Assembly: GCA_030704615.1 (NCBI GenBank)
Contig: CM060734.1
Location: 42,408,001 to 42,472,000, forward strand
Source: Takakia lepidozioides
Lineage: Eukaryota > Plantae > Bryophyta
Length of the DNA: 64,000 nucleotides
Reading direction: 5' to 3'
The translations under genes and the position numbers were made by a program. Below, piece after piece: positions 61,321 to 64,000 of this stretch; position 1 is the stretch's first letter, and each line of letters starts with the position of its first letter. The notes below the pieces were generated by a model. It made no database searches, was not told the DNA's origin, and saw only the letters and a program-made list of their open reading frames with translations.

Positions 61321-62960
61321 ACAATTCTAGGCTGTCATTGTTAGCTGCTAGCATGAAGGCAAGGATGTATGCATGATTTTGTGCAGAGGCATAGATAGCT
61401 GAAAGAGCAGGGATAGAATGTGGGCCCAGATTCGTCCAAGAGGGCTGGATTTCAAGCTCCATTATTTCAGTGTCATCCATTCAGCCAGGGATTTCCTGGT
61501 GACATTGCCAATGCTTTACTTGCAACACGATGCTTGTAAAGCTTCCTTAGCTTGAATGCTGATTATGCTTGAATTATTAGGTTGGTAAAGCCAGTTTTGA
61601 AATTTTCATGGTAATCAACGTAGGTTGCAAGCCATTTACATCAGACCTGGTGGACTGGAAGACAGCCATTGAAAGTCCCAGTGCAGTTAATACCAGTGGA
61701 GAGCAGTGTAAGCTTCATATGCCCTTCCAAGTCAGGAGGCGAATGCCTGTCAAATTACCACATGTCCTTCTAAACACTGCCCTGCCCTGGTGGACATGTA
61801 TGCCAAATGTGGGTGCATCGAGGATGCCAAGGGAGTGTTCAACACTGTGGCTGAACGAGATGTGGTGTCGTGGAGTGCGATGCTTGCAGGGTATGCACAG
61901 CTGGGGTGCGGGATGGAGGCTCCAACCTTTGCGCAAATGATGGGGGGAAGGGGTGAAGGCCGCTGACATAACGTTTGTGTGAATTTACAATGCGTCTGGC
62001 AGCCCTGGTAAAGGGCAAAGAGATCCCTGGTAACATCATCAAATCTGCAATTGTACCAGATGTCATCCTGAACATTGCTCTGGTGGCCATGTATGCTAAA
62101 TGTGGGAGCGTTGAGGATGCTAAGGGAGTGTTCAACACTGGGCTGAACCAGATGTGGTGTCGTGGAATGCGATGCTTGCAGGGTGTACAGAGCAAGCGCG
62201 AGATGGGGCTTTGGACACCTGAAAGCAAATGATGGGGGGGAAAGGGTGAAGGTACCTTCTTCAACATATTTCACCTTGTTTTCCCTGCTAGTGTTTGCTT
62301 TGACAATTCTAGGCTGTCATTGTTAGCTGCTAGCAGCAAGGTGAGGATATATGCATGATTTGTGCAGAGGCATGGATAGCTGAAGGAGTAGGGATTTTGT
62401 GTGGGTCCAAGAGGGTCAGATTTCAAGCACAAGATTACTTGTGATTCCCTGTGGATCAATAGCTACAAGAAACCTGCATGGGTAGATGGTCAACTAGCAG
62501 CAACAGCACAAGTGATAAAATCAGGCACTGCTAATGGCATCTTCTTCAACACATTTCACCCTGTTTTTCCCTCTTTATCAGAATCGGCCCTAAATTTACA
62601 TGTTCAATTCTGCAAGTTAGCTGGTTGAGTGAATCTAGTTTGGAGTGACTTTGACATGATACTGCCAATGTGACAACAGGAAAGTGTCAAAAAACAGGTA
62701 ACAGAGATGAGGAGAAGTTGTGGAATGAATACTTATCTGAGCCCAGTCATTGATGGGTCCACTGGGGCAGAAAGGTGAATGCCTGCTACATTTCAAAGAG
62801 TAGCAGACGCGATTTAGCATAGGAACTAGTGTGTTACGCTGAGTTGGGTGTTTCCTAGAACAAATGTAGGCTGTCATTGTCAGTTGCTAGGAGCAAGGCA
62901 AGGTTGAATGCTTGATTTTGTGCAGAGGCATGGATAGCTGAAGGAGTAGAGATAGAGTGT
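61321..62960 (+). repeat. Three dispersed copies of an about 95-bp unit (TAGGCTGTCATTGT..GCAGAGGCATGGATAGCTGAAGG)
   Basis: Copies at about 61321-61420, 62303-62400, 62867-62960. Confidence 0.8.
61740..62255 (+). pseudogene. PLS-class PPR gene fragments (frameshifted)
   Basis: DMYAKCGCIEDAKGVF..RDVVSWSAMLAGYAQ; LAALVKGKEI..ALVAMYAKCGSVEDAKGVF. Confidence 0.85.
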
Positions 62961-64000
62961 GGGTGACGCAGGGTGTTGGGCAATGGGCAAGACGTCTTTG
63001 TATAAACGTGAGTGACCTTCCTATCATCCTGGCTCTCATTTTTAGTGCATTTTCTTTGTGAAGTATCTGACGACTTCGCCAACACACACCAACCTTTTTG
63101 CTTTGGTTTGTTTACGAGTCCATGGGATAGAAGTTACCATAACAACACTGGCATTGGTTTTTCATATATGGTATTAGACAATTCTCTTAATTATTTCCGC
63201 CTTGGCAGGTTGCTCAATGACCTTCCCTGGACGCTTTGGAGTATTGCGAGTGAGTGTCTCACAATGCAATGTTGGTTGGTGCATCTTATGCAAGAACTTG
63301 GAAAACAAATAGATGTCATTGCTGTAGTAATTCTTAAAGCCATGCAAGCTTTAGTTTTTGATAGGTTGCAGATTGATGGAATAGCATGAGTAGTTAGAAG
63401 ATTGGGTGAACACTTTTCAAAGTGTTATAGTTAGACAATATAATTCACATGAGAACATGTGATTATTTTATGTATTTTTAGATCACGACAAAAATGATAA
63501 TGATAAATAGATTGGTAAATAGAGATGGTATACAATCTCTTGGTTTTGCTCAGCTTGATGCGGTTATGTCTTGCTGCCTTGTTCTCTTTGTATTATATAT
63601 TATGTTTCATTGTTGTAATAGACATGTACATGACTATTATCATAGTCATAATAATGACTACATATATTTTCACTCTCCAATAGTACCACACCATGTGGCA
63701 GAAATACAAATATGTAAAAAAAATAGCAATACACCCAAAAAATACCCATCATGACGCATGTCAATCTGCCGAGGGACCACGTGTAAAAACTACAACGTGC
63801 CACGTGTTGCAACCGGATTAGCACACCCGTAGTCATAGTTCGCAGTCATGGAGAGCGAACATTTCTGCCACGTGTCATTTCATGTATCGAGCACGTGCCA
63901 CTCTTGCACAGCCGCTGACATGGACTACACTGTCCGTTCGGTCATTCAGTAAAGCCAGCGTGTATGACTACCCCCACAGCTGCTCAGGCGCCACGTCACA

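Overview
Eukaryotic land-plant genomic DNA with spliced genes and PLS-class PPR remnants; a non-seed plant, probably a bryophyte, is my inference from TE style. Three intact host genes could be assembled exon by exon: an LRR-XI HAESA/HSL-like receptor kinase (5350-12127, -), HCF107 (33176-38281, -) and, head-to-head with it, an INO80 subunit D/KANSL2-like zf-C3Hc3H gene (39171-44259, +). Most of the rest is nested, decayed transposons (Copia, L1-type and other LINEs, hAT, SWIM/MULE-like). The standout is two diverged copies (about 20.3-27.4 kb and 46.9-55.0 kb, both -) of a Ty3/Gypsy retrotransposon carrying a complete DNMT3-like C5 cytosine methyltransferase in frame between protease and reverse transcriptase. 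Both copies keep the same in-frame UAG-CAA-CCA, matching the TMV-type CARYYA readthrough context, between DNMT and RT. This suggests an abundant Gag-PR-DNMT product and a readthrough RT-IN product. A second notable system is a LINE family lacking a poly(A) tail whose four copies here all abut (CT)n/CT-rich tracts on their sense strand, one with a 13-bp TSD. All coordinates and alignments were done by eye; no searches were run.
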